Assembly (NCBI GenBank): GCA_907165135.1
Contig: OU015568.1
Location: 2,728,001 to 2,792,000, forward strand
Source of the DNA: Oikopleura dioica
Taxonomy: Eukaryota > Animalia > Chordata
Reading direction: 5' to 3'
DNA: 64,000 nt
Position 1 is the first letter of the stretch. Each line of letters opens with the position of its first letter. Below the pieces are notes generated by a model, which made no database searches, had not been told where the DNA came from, and saw nothing but the letters and a program-made list of their open reading frames with translations. Both the position numbers and the translations under genes were made by a program. Shown here one piece after another: positions 1-11,000 of this stretch.

Positions 1-1447
1 AAAATTCCACGCTGGATTGTCGTCGTAAAAAACATTTTGAAGAACAGTCATATCGGTCTGACTGTAATCTAACGACTTCTCCCCATCTTTCGGATCGAAC
101 TGGACGCCATTTTTGAACATCCATTTTGTGACTTCAAGAGAAAGTTTACTCATCGGCATTCCCGGTGTTGACAGATCGATGGAGCAAACTTGAACATCAA
201 AAGGGTAAAGGGCGGGGTCCATCGAGCAAGAAGTGCTGAGTCGAAGCTTTCGAGACATTTTTACTTCTCCGCGGTAGTTAACTATGCAGCCGTATTCTTG
301 GATCTAAACAATTTCTTCACTAGGTGCCTTTTTGAAATCGAACTTACCTTAGCAAAGTTACCCCAGGTGTCCAGGTTGACAATCTCAATTGGGGGAGTCC
401 AGATTAGATTTGGGTCGACTTCGATCTTTTGTGTGTCATTGTAATACATTCGATCCCATTTCAGCCTATCGTCTTAAAAAAGATGTTGGTAAAGATAGTG
501 TATCTTCAATAAGGACCAAAGTTGGGTTTAGAGTAAACAGATACCTGTCCATGAAGAAAATACGACAATGGTCGTATCCATGGCGCTATCTGCAAGTTCC
601 AACGCATTCAAGCTCACCAGTTCTACTTCGACATTAACTTTCATCGCGTCGGAAGTCATAACAGTTAGAACATCGTCAAGGAGATCAAGATCCTCAGCAT
701 AAGCGAGACGTTGCTCCGGATTTTCTCCGGTTCTTGGGGACTTGGTCGACGTTGCCGACGAAGTTGACGATTGAGTTGTTGAACCATAATCTTCATATTC
801 AACGGGTCCGTTCTTTGGATCGCAGGCGCCATTATACTCAACATTTTGACTTCCATAGTCAAAACCAGGGCTAGCGAATTGGTGCCACACTATCCGCAAT
901 TACTTGGCTTAAGACTCCACTTATTAATTTTGATCTATTTTGATCAAATAAAGCGGTTGGAGACAAACCGCACCAACTCGCTCAAACTACTTTTTGGGGG
1001 CCCAACCATTGTTTTTTTGTAAGTACGGCCAGCGGGGCACCATTTTGCCAGCCCTGGGCAGGACCGTAGAAGATGTTCATAAGCCAGCCAACACAGTCGT
1101 TCTCTCCATTTTTCTTCCAGGTCCAGCCTTCCGACGCTTCCCATTCGCAGTTGAATGCATAATTTGCAATTCGCGATTCTTCGTAATCTGATGACCAAGT
1201 TTGTTTCATCTTCTTAAACCATTTTTTACAAATTGCTGGAGCATCAAATTTTTCATGGGATGGATCTAACCATGTGAACCTGAAATAATACTCATTATAA
1301 TTTTCCTGCGTCCAGTTGTACGTACTCTGGGTTGAGAGGGCTGACACTCTTCATGTATCCCGCATCGTACAAAAGTTTTTTGGCCAAAACCTCCTCAACG
1401 GATTTCGCATTTGCGGAGATGAGAAAATACAAAAGAAGTTCTCTCAT
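1..1447 (-). CDS. Cys-loop (pentameric) ligand-gated ion channel subunit, 5' part; runs off the left edge; long N-terminal extension
   Basis: Hand-spliced minus-strand exons give ...KVNVEVELVSLNALELADSAMDTTIVVFSSWT/DDRLKWD...IWTPPIEIVN and the Cys-loop CSMDPALYPFDVQVC (C-x13-C). Signal-peptide-like MRELLLYFLISANA at 1447. Whether exons at 982-1447 belong to this gene is not proven. Confidence 0.85.
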
Positions 1448-1723
1448 AATTTTGTTTCTCTGTTCTGCAAAGCTGCTGATACCTCGGTGGCTTTGCCCGC
1501 TGAAGACATAAAATTTTACTGACAATTTTTACGAGTAGGTCTCCAAGAAGTCGAGTTACGGCAAAAGTTTTATGTGATTACATTTCAAAAACAAATTAAA
1601 CCTTCGTTCGCCGACAACATAAAACTGCTCCCAATAAAAAATTTCTGCTTCGGATTGCATTTTTTTTTATAACTATATTATTTTAGTCTATAATTGTACA
1701 TATAAATATCACAGAGGCAAACG

Positions 1724-3477
1724 TCAGCTCTCGTTTCCGAGTTGAGCTATTTTGTAGTTGAGCTGACTGTATCCAAGTCGACCTTCTGTCGTCCAAAAGT
1801 ATATCCTCTTCCTAAAACTAATTTAATTTTCTGGTGAATAATGAAAACTTACGTTCTCGTATCGAAATAAGCTTGTGAGATCGAGAAATTCCCGAAGATT
1901 TCTGAAACTTGATCGACTTTGAAAGTGTGGCTGTTGAAAGCATACTTGACAACGACAGAGTTGTCTCTTGCAAACGACCTGAAGCCGTAGTAGACACCAC
2001 AAGCGATGAAACTCTGCATGAGCCAGTTTCTATGAAGCGTCGAGTGGTATGTTCGGCGGTTTTCCAAGGAGAAGAGGTCGAGACGGGTGAGGACAATATT
2101 CCCATGTGATTCTAAAAAGACTTGTGATGAAGGAGAATAATGGTAAAAGAATGGCCAGTACGGGGATCGAACCTGCGACATTCGCGTTATTAGCACGACG
2201 CTCTAACCAACTGAGCTAACCGGCCTGACCTCGCCTGTTTTCTAGAGGATATCTGTCAGGGACCATTACATCTGTTTATAATATTCTAATAGAAATTAAT
2301 CAGCTTCCTCTGATATGAAAGACATAAGCTTATCAGTATATTTCTTCTTCAAGCGAGCTTTTATATCAAATCTTAGCTGGAGTACCTGTATTGCAGTAAG
2401 TGACCCAGAGGCCAGTCTCGTCCACCGCCAGCTCTACTCCTCCAAGCTCACTGTCTTCATAAGTACACTCTTCTATCGTCGCATGATCCAGCTCCTTTTG
2501 CTTCCTCATTCTTCTAGCAGCGAACTCATATCTGATGATTCCCAGGGGCTTCTCTCTCACATAATACAAAACTCCGTTGTAGACAACGTGACCAGTTCCG
2601 TACCAAGGGTGAGGAAGGTTAAATGTTTCTGCGATTTTGTCAGCGATGAGATCTTCTGTTGAGTTGAATTTCAGGACAGACTTGGACTTTCCTTGTTGCT
2701 GAAAGACATAGATTTCGGAGCCATTCGAGGCGGAATCGGTCAGCCAGGCGCCTTCAGGGACAAGGGAGAAGTTGGCAACGAAGACGGGCTGTTCGAATTC
2801 TAGAGAACAAAGAATGACTTTCTGAAAAAGTAACTGATTCTTACTTGCAATGCCCAAGTTGCAGTCTTCCGGTCTATCAGGATCCATTGTCGTTCCATAC
2901 GGTCGATTATCAATCACTTTCATTCCTGCATCTTTCTCCGCCGAAGCATGAATCAGCCTTCTTTTGACATCATTATCACCGAGGTAGACGATCGTTGCCC
3001 TTGGATAAGCTTTTTGAAAACCCCCGACTCGGTCGACAGCTTCAACGTCCTTCGGCCCAAGTTCGATTTTGAGAAGACTTGATGAGAGATTTCGGAAATT
3101 TTCTTCGAGAATAGTGTCTGTTTCGTTTACTGCTTCTGGGATGCCAAAAACCTTTGAGAAAAATGATTTATTTCGACGGTTTCAGAGATGATTACCTTGA
3201 TTGTCCTTTCATGCGGAACAGATGCGTCCAAGCTCCTTATTTTCCTATTGACTAAAGTCAATTTGTCCGAAACATGGTCCATTCTTTTTGAAAGCTCCAA
3301 AACGCCGTGAACAAGTTTATTTTCCCTTTCAGCCACGTATGTGATGTTTTCAATTAGATCAGCCATTGTCTTTGAATATTTCATGTGCTCGAAACTTATA
3401 AACGTCCCAAGAGCCGCGATACAAATGCAGAAAAACCACCATTTCCGACGCTGGCAGAATTGAAAAAGCAAACTCAT
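1724..3477 (-). CDS. Type II membrane protein: signal-anchor, coiled coil, L1-ORF1p-like RRM, C-terminal olfactomedin domain
   Basis: Exons joined by GT-AG introns (3152-3195; a 45-nt in-frame intron near 2800-2845; ~2110-2394; ~1815-1853). Olfactomedin motifs GAWLTDS, GTGHVVYNGVLYY, VELAVDETGLWVTY, SFIACGVYY and YFDTRTKRIYFW. Stop TGA at 1724-1726. Confidence 0.85.
2152..2225 (-). tRNA. tRNA-Ile(AAU): tRNA-Ile, anticodon AAT
   Basis: Reverse complement GGCCGGTTAGCTCAGTTGGTTAGAGCGTCGTGCTAATAACGCGAATGTCGCAGGTTCGATCCCCGTACTGGCCA: cloverleaf, A box, B box GGTTCGATCC, anticodon loop CT-AAT-AA. Confidence 0.97.
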
Positions 3478-4050
3478 CGTTGAATAACTAATTTAAAAAA
3501 TAAGACTTTTCGATCTTTCGTTTCGTCTCTTCTCTTTTTCATATTCTCATTTTAAGCCGTTTTATCGATTTTGACAGAAAAAAAATGTTTTTGCTCTTAT
3601 TCGAATTGATGCGCCCGTCGGCGATGTCAGAATTCGAAAAAAGGGTTGACCGCTGAATTAAAACACAAGGACGATTCTGTCCTTGGCGCGTATCAAATAA
3701 ATGGTTTGTTTTGATAAATAAAGAATAAAGCGACATGTTCTTCTCCGAGAAGATACCGCTCTTTCAATAAACCCGATGTTGGAATTAAATAATTAAGTGA
3801 GTTCAAGACAATTCAACTCAATAACCAGATTCGAACGGTGAAATGAATGAATAAAAAAAATCAACAGTTCTCGATAAGACTTCTTCTTCTTTGAGTAACA
3901 AAGTGTATTTGTTTATGCAAAAGATATGAGCTGATAAACATTTCCGGTTGTGACAATATCTGACAACAGTGATGATCTTTATTGAAGTTTCAATTCTGAA
4001 ATTCAATAGTGACAATTTTTCTTTGTACTGATTCAAGAAAAAAGAATAAA

Positions 4051-5083
4051 ATGTCGCGGAAAAGAGATAAATGCATTTTTATTTTTGGAATAGTCGCTGC
4101 TTTTTTGTCGCTTTCATTGCTGTTTTCGGCTCCCATGTTTCTGACAAAACAGGATTTTGTTCAAGGACATGATGACAGCAACGTAGACGGTGAAATAAAT
4201 AAATATAAACGTGCTTTCTAATTTTTAGTAACAACTGATGCTACAACGTATAGGACGGAAGAAGCCACTTATATTTTTGACCAAGACAATGATTCATCAA
4301 CTGTTTCTGGCAGTACTTCTTCCGTTGAAAAAGAAACGACCGATTTTCAAACAACTGATAAGGCGGAAGAAATCACTGATAATTCTGAGCAGGTCAATGA
4401 ATCATCAACTGTTCCTGACGGTACTCCTTCCGTTGAAAAAGGAACCACCGATAGCATAACAACTGATATGACGGAAGTAGTCACTGATACTTTTGAGCAA
4501 TTCAGTACACCATCTACTCTGAAAGCCGAATCCACAGAGCCTTCACAAATCGTTCACAAAACGACTGACGCCGAAAAGACAACAACTATTTTCGAGACTG
4601 AATATTCTTCAACTCAAAAGATTCTGTCAACAGTCCCAAAATATTGCGATGGCATCACATGTCTCAATGGCGGAACTTGCAATGAAATGGAAGAAAACTT
4701 TTCTTGCGACTGCATTGACCCTTTTACTGGAGAATATTGTCAAGATCATCCGTGCGATGGATTTTGTCAAAATCATGGAGTTTGCGCTCTTGAATCTGAA
4801 ATCCCGACATGCTCTTGCCGGGACCCATATAAAAGGCTCTAAATTTAAAATTTTTCTTACGTTAGTTATGACAAGTTTTAGAGAGCCCTGATTATAAGTT
4901 GGGGAAAAATGCGAAGATGATGTTTGTAATGGAATCATTTGTGAAAATGGCGGAATCTGTGTTGCCCAAAAGGGACATGCAGCCATTATGCTGCATAATG
5001 GTTATTTTATGAATGATCTGACTTCAAATACTCACAGAAAGTTCACCTGTCAAAAATCACAAAATTGCTTATTCTTTCAATAA
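4051..5083 (+). CDS. Short paralogue of the EGF/C-type-lectin membrane protein (signal-anchor, Thr-rich stalk, 2-3 EGF repeats, lectin domain deleted)
   Basis: MSRKRDKCIFIFGIV... N-terminus, CDGITCLNGGTC EGF repeats. Last exon ends in frame with RKFTCQKSQNC, homologous to the C-terminus of the 5405-7640 gene. Confidence 0.75.
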
Positions 5084-5164
5084 ACAGCAACAAGAAAAAT
5101 CAAATTATTAGTTGCAAGTTTGAATGCTGAGATAATTATTATCTTTATTTTGCGAAAGGAATTT

Positions 5165-5245
5165 TCCTTGTGGCCTGACGATCGGCTTTAAAGCATCCGA
5201 ATTCGATTGAGCCTGAGCATAGCCAGTTGTCGGATCATTTTCTTC
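5165..5245 (-). pseudogene. Duplicated fragment of the penultimate FREM exon
   Basis: About 85% identical to 8155-8235; encodes [21 protein letters not shown] versus [21 protein letters not shown] in FREM. Confidence 0.8.
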
Positions 5246-5404
5246 ATTCAATTTTTTTTTTCAAACTGTATTTGTCTATGCAAAAAGATAACGTTTGATG
5301 CTCCGTTCCGATTATGACAGTATCTGACAATTTTGACGTTCACATTCGAAGATGATACCCTTTTTCTAGACAAATTCGACTCTGACTGTAGCAAGAGAAA
5401 GAGA

Positions 5405-7640
5405 ATGACACGAAAAAGAGATAAATGCATCTTTATTTTTGGAATAATTATGGCTTTTTTGGGGCTCTTGGTGCTTTTCATGGCTCCTCTGTTTCTGACG
5501 AAAAAAGATCTTTTACGCGTTGAAACCCCTTCTTATGACGGTGTGAAAAATTATTTAGAAAAAAGCAATAAATATTGTTTTAGTGACAACTGATGCTTTC
5601 AAAACGCATGATACAGAATTGGTCACTGATATTTTTAAAGAGGACGATGCATCATCTACCCTGAAAGCTGAGTACACAGAGGCCACAGAGATTGTTCTCA
5701 CAACTGTTTTGCCTTGCGCTTATGTTTCTTGTCAAAATGGTGGTAATTGTGTTGTTGAAGCAGCATCTTTTCTGTGCAAGTGCCCGGAGCCTTTTCACGG
5801 AAGCCTCTGCGAGCTCCATCCCTGCGATGGAGTAGATTGCGAGAACAAAGGAATCTGCATCAGTGAATCTGGTAATGCCACATGCTCTTGTCGGGACCCA
5901 TATAGAGGGCTCTTGGATTTCATTTTATGCAATTCTTTAATATATATTAAAAGAGCCCAAAAAATAAATAGGCGATAGATGCCAAACTCATGCTTGCGAG
6001 GCTTTTAATTGCGAGAATGGCGGAACTTGTGTTGTTCAAAAAGGAGCTGGTCGATGCATTTGCGAAGAACCTTTTTCTGGTCAATCCTGCCAAGACCATC
6101 CTTGCGATAACATAACCTGTGAAAATCACGGTGTTTGCGTTATTCAAGCTGGAATTCCAAAATGCTCTTGCCGGGACCCATATAAAGGGCTCTCAAATCA
6201 TATTTTATATAAAGATTTTCGATGAAATGAGAGAGCCCTGGTGATAAACTGGCGACAACTGCGAAACTCATGGTTGTGATGGAATAACCTGCGAAAATGA
6301 CGGAACCTGTGTTGTTCAGAAAAGCAACAGTAAATGCATTTGCAAAGAAAATTTTACTGGTACTCTTTGCGAAGATCACCCTTGCGATGACATTACATGT
6401 GAAAATGGTGGAACTTGTGTTGTGGAAGAGGGAGCAGTAAAATGCAGCTGCGAAGAGACATTTTTTGGTGATTTTTGTGAAAAACATCCATGCGATGGTT
6501 TCGATTGCCAAAATAACGGAACTTGTGTTACCGAATCTGGAGATGCTAAATGCTTTTGTCCTGATCCATACCTAGGGCTCTCTTCATTTCTTTGCATCAT
6601 TGATGCAGCATCAATGACTTTATTATATCGTTTAGAGCCTTTATATGGCGCAATTTATGATTTTTCTTAGCAAAGCCAAGTGAACCCTGATATCAGACAG
6701 GAGATAAGTGTCAAACTCATCCTTGCGATGTAATTTATTGTCAGAACAACGGAAAATGCGAGGTTCAAAATGACGCCGGTTTATGTCTTTGTGAAAAGCC
6801 GTTTTTGGAAATGTCTGCGAACATCATCCTTGCGATGGTATCAACTGTCAAAATGGTGGAACTTGCGATGATCAAAATGAGGTCGGTAAATGCAATTGCC
6901 CAGAGCCATTTTTGGGTGATCTCTGCGATAAACATCCATGTGATGATCTTGAATGCGGTGATCATGGAGACTGTAATGTTGAATCTGGAAATGCTCAATG
7001 TTCTTGTCATGAACCATATGAAGGGCTCTTATCATTTATTTTTGAAAGGCCGTTATTACTAATAACTTATTAGACATGAAACACTACATAAATATTGTCT
7101 CTTATCCTTGCTCGATATGCATATTACTTTGAGCCCTTATATAAGACAGGAGATAAATGCCAAACTCATCCTTGCGATTTAATAACCTGTCAAAATGGTG
7201 GAAACTGTATCGTTGTAAATGGAAACGGTCAATGCAGTTGCTCTGGTTCATTCAGTGGTATATTCTGTCAATGTCCGCCGAATTTTGTACGACCAGCGGA
7301 AAGTTTGAACTGGCAATCGGCAAAAACTTACTGCACTCAAATTGGAGGTTTTTTGGCATTCTTTCGGGACGAGAACGAGTTCAGCATTTTTAAAAACGCT
7401 CGACACGATAATAATGAAGAGTGGATCGGATACCACCAAAAGTACCCCAATAATAATGATATCTACGAAACAGTTGACGGAGAAGAGGCAATTTTCTTCA
7501 ATTGGGATAAGAGTAGCGGTGAACCAAGTAGTGCTGATGAACAATGCGTGAAAATCAAGCCAGCCGAGCAGTTTGTTATGCATGATTCGGGTTGCAACGC
7601 TCTCAGAAAATTTACCTGTATGAAATCGCAAAATTGCTGA
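5405..7640 (+). CDS. Type II membrane protein with ~11 EGF repeats and a C-terminal C-type lectin domain
   Basis: MTRKRDKCIFIFGII... N-terminus; repeated C-x4-C-xNxGxC-x8-CxC-x5-G-x2-C units across exons; lectin motifs LNWQSAKTYC, WIGY, FNWDKSSGEPS, CVKI. Confidence 0.85.
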
Positions 7641-8059
7641 AACTTTTGATATGGAAGAGTTTTTTTTGTGAAAAATGATTTTGCAACACTAATTCAAAAT
7701 AAACACTTATTTCTTTTTTGCCAACAATTTGTTCAGAATTGAAATAATGAAAATACATCTTGAGATATAAAAATGAAAATTCCGAAAATATTTCATATTT
7801 TATTTACAATATTTGAACTTGCATAAGTCGGGAACTAGATACTTTCTTTTGTACAATAATAATGCTGTTTTGACAAATTTTCAAAAAGTAACGTCTTGTG
7901 TGTTTCAGGTTTCTGGGTTGTTCGGGTTCGAATTTGATAGAAAATGAGTTTCAGTAACGATAACTTTTATGATAAGAGGTTTTGAGGTAAAGTACTGAGG
8001 CTTGAGAGGGGTTCTGGTCTTTTTCCCTGGCGAGGAAGACAGGTCGTGTTTTAGAAATT

Positions 8060-11000
8060 CTAGACTTCGGTACCAGATGGTATCGAGGAGTTTGATGAGC
8101 TTGATCCTTCTGAAATTAATACATAAGCTCATTTAATATTTGAAGAGGGATATTACCATGTGGCCTGACAATTGGCTTGAAAGCATCAGAATTCGATCTG
8201 GCCTGGGCATAACCAGTTGTCGGATAATTTCCATCATTTCTTCTTCGGAAGACAACGAGGACAAAGATCGCTAGATTTGAATTAATGCTCTTATTCTAGT
8301 TTCTCTTTCATACCAATAAACAAGATACCGCCAGCAGCCAGGATAATCATCCAGTTAAATTGCGCCTTTTGAGTCTCCATTTCTTCAAATGCTTCTTCTG
8401 ACATCAGACGAATTGGCATCATGTTGGTTCCTCGATCGAAGCCGATTCCGATGTCTTCGGGTGAGGCAGCTCGTCGAACAATTGAGTGTCGTCGGACTCG
8501 TTTAGTCGAAGATCGGACGGTGTAAATTGTGTGGAGGTACCATTCTGCCCCGACATTCACCTGAAAAAATAGAAATAATATCAATAGTTATTTCACTAAA
8601 AACCGAACTAACCTGAAAAAGCGGAGTAGAATCCATTCTGAAACCATCAGATCCTGGCTGCTCGGTCAATCCTTTAGCCGAAGGATCATCGACGGCCAAA
8701 ACAGCATTGAAGGGAACTGAGTTCAAGTTGTCATCTTCTGTGTCTGGCTGCTCTTTATCCTGAAAGCAGTTATTTAGACCACGATAACCAGATTTAATGA
8801 CGTACGATGACTTTGAATCGGTAAAGAAGGAGGTGAGAGTCAGCTAGACATCCATATTCGCTGTTTGCTGGGTTGTATTTGGGAATGTATCCTTCAGATC
8901 CGGAGCACAAGAAGACTTTTTCGATGTTGACGGTAAATCCTTCGCCAAGAGACTGGACGGGATCGACTTGGACTCGCCCATAAATTTGCGCACCTAAAAT
9001 ATCAATAAGCCGATTTCTAGAATAATCGATACATTACCTTCTGGGAAAGCAACATCAGAGCTCTCAGTGACTTGGATGGCCGAGTCGGCAGTCCAAAGAT
9101 CTTTCTTGGAGAGAAGCGAGAAAGTAGTGTTCAAGGAGAATTGTTCAGCAACTGGATCGGAGACTTGTTGGGCACGGAGAGGAAGGGCGAATTCGACTGG
9201 CTCCCTCGGATTGCCTAAAAAGACCATATTAGAAGGATTTTTTCGGGAAATATTTAATTTCAGAAATTTTCTTCCGTTGATTTCTTGTATCACTCTTTTT
9301 TACTCTTTCAACAAATGTGAACTGAATAGGCTCGGGAAGTAAAAATTTAACTTACACTTAGGAGGATCGGAATAAGTCTGATCATGCGAAACTGTGCAAG
9401 GAATCAGTGAAATCTTGTAGTCGCCAGAGTAATCCGTGATAGCATAGTTCGACACGAAGCTCCATTGCTGCTCGGGAGTACTGTAGGTCTTATCGGATCG
9501 AATGAGATTCAGAGTAAAGCTCAATTCAGGGTGCTGGACAGATGTAACCGTCGATTCAGCAGCGCTAGAAAAAAAGTGAGTATTTTGTTGGAGAAAGAGT
9601 CTATTAATAAGAGATCAAGGAGTAAGAATTGTGTGAGTGAGTGATTATTTAGCACCAATGTTATGGAAAATGAACTTACGTGTATCCTACATCAGGATCA
9701 TCCTCGCTAAAAATGAAATGATGAAATGATCATAATGAACGGTGAACTTGAGCTACTAAATGACAAAGAACAAGTGTGCTTCACACGTGAGTTTTCGACT
9801 TTTCTAGAATAATACCTTCCAGGATGTTCCAGGACAAACATTCCAGTGAATCGAGCTACAGTCTTGAATCGGACAACGAGTCGGCCATCAGGTCTGATTT
9901 TCATCGACGTTGGGTAGAAAGTGCCTAAAAGGATGAGAAAATGAGAATTAAGAACTGAACAAACCTGGTAGAGTCGACTCTGGAGGAGTGCCGATTCCGT
10001 CCGTCCACATTTTTGCGGTGTCATAAACGAAAGTCAATCGCAAATTTGTCTCGAGGTCGAAATGTCTCCATGGAATTCTCGTCGGCGAGTGGGAAATGTA
10101 CGAAACATACAGCGGCACCGACAGAGTAACATACGAATGAATCAAGTTCAAGACCTAACAACTATTATTCCTTGTCTATTTGAAAAAGAAAACCTGTCCA
10201 TCTGTTGTGATTTCGCCTCCACAAGCTTGCTGAAGCTCAGACATGTCGTACCATGACTCGAACTCCCAAATACATGCTTCGAGATTGAGGTTTTTATAGA
10301 ATTGAAGAGTTCGCTCAGATCGTAGGTTTCGATCGAACTGGTAAGGCATCAGGTCGTTGTCAGAGTAGATTTTGGGATTGGAGGTAGCATTTGTCAGGAA
10401 GCCAAAATTAGTACGCACTTCTCGCGGAAGAAGCAAATTTGAGCAACTAGAAATATTGTTCAGGGGAACGAAAAAGTGATTCACTAAGGAAGGCTAGCAT
10501 GCAGTTATCGTGCTTATCCTATCAATTTTTGGTTAAAAATCATGGATAAAAGAATTGATTAGTTGAGTTTTGAGCATTTTGATATTAGATTTATGACTAC
10601 GATTTGTCACCTATGCATTTGTGCGAGGAACCCACTGAAATATTTATTATTTTCAGTTCATTTTGTTGTTATCAGCTATGCTGGAGTTCTGCTAGTGAAA
10701 CCCTATGCATACTTAAAATTAAGCAAGTGGATACCTATGCTGTGAGCTTCGGGTGGAATCTTCAGACATTGTGAATTCAAAGTTGGTAAGCTGTTTTGTC
10801 GAGATAAGAGGAATAATGCCATCAGTGTGAGGTAGAATCACAGAGACCTTGATGGTGTTTGGATGATGTTCGTCGTCTCCGTCGATGTATCGGATTTTAG
10901 CGCTGAATGGATCAGCTCCCATGACACCTTAAGGCCAGATGAGTTTCTAGCTTGAATAGAAGAGGATACCTTCTTGTCTTGGAGGACAAATTCCTTCGTT

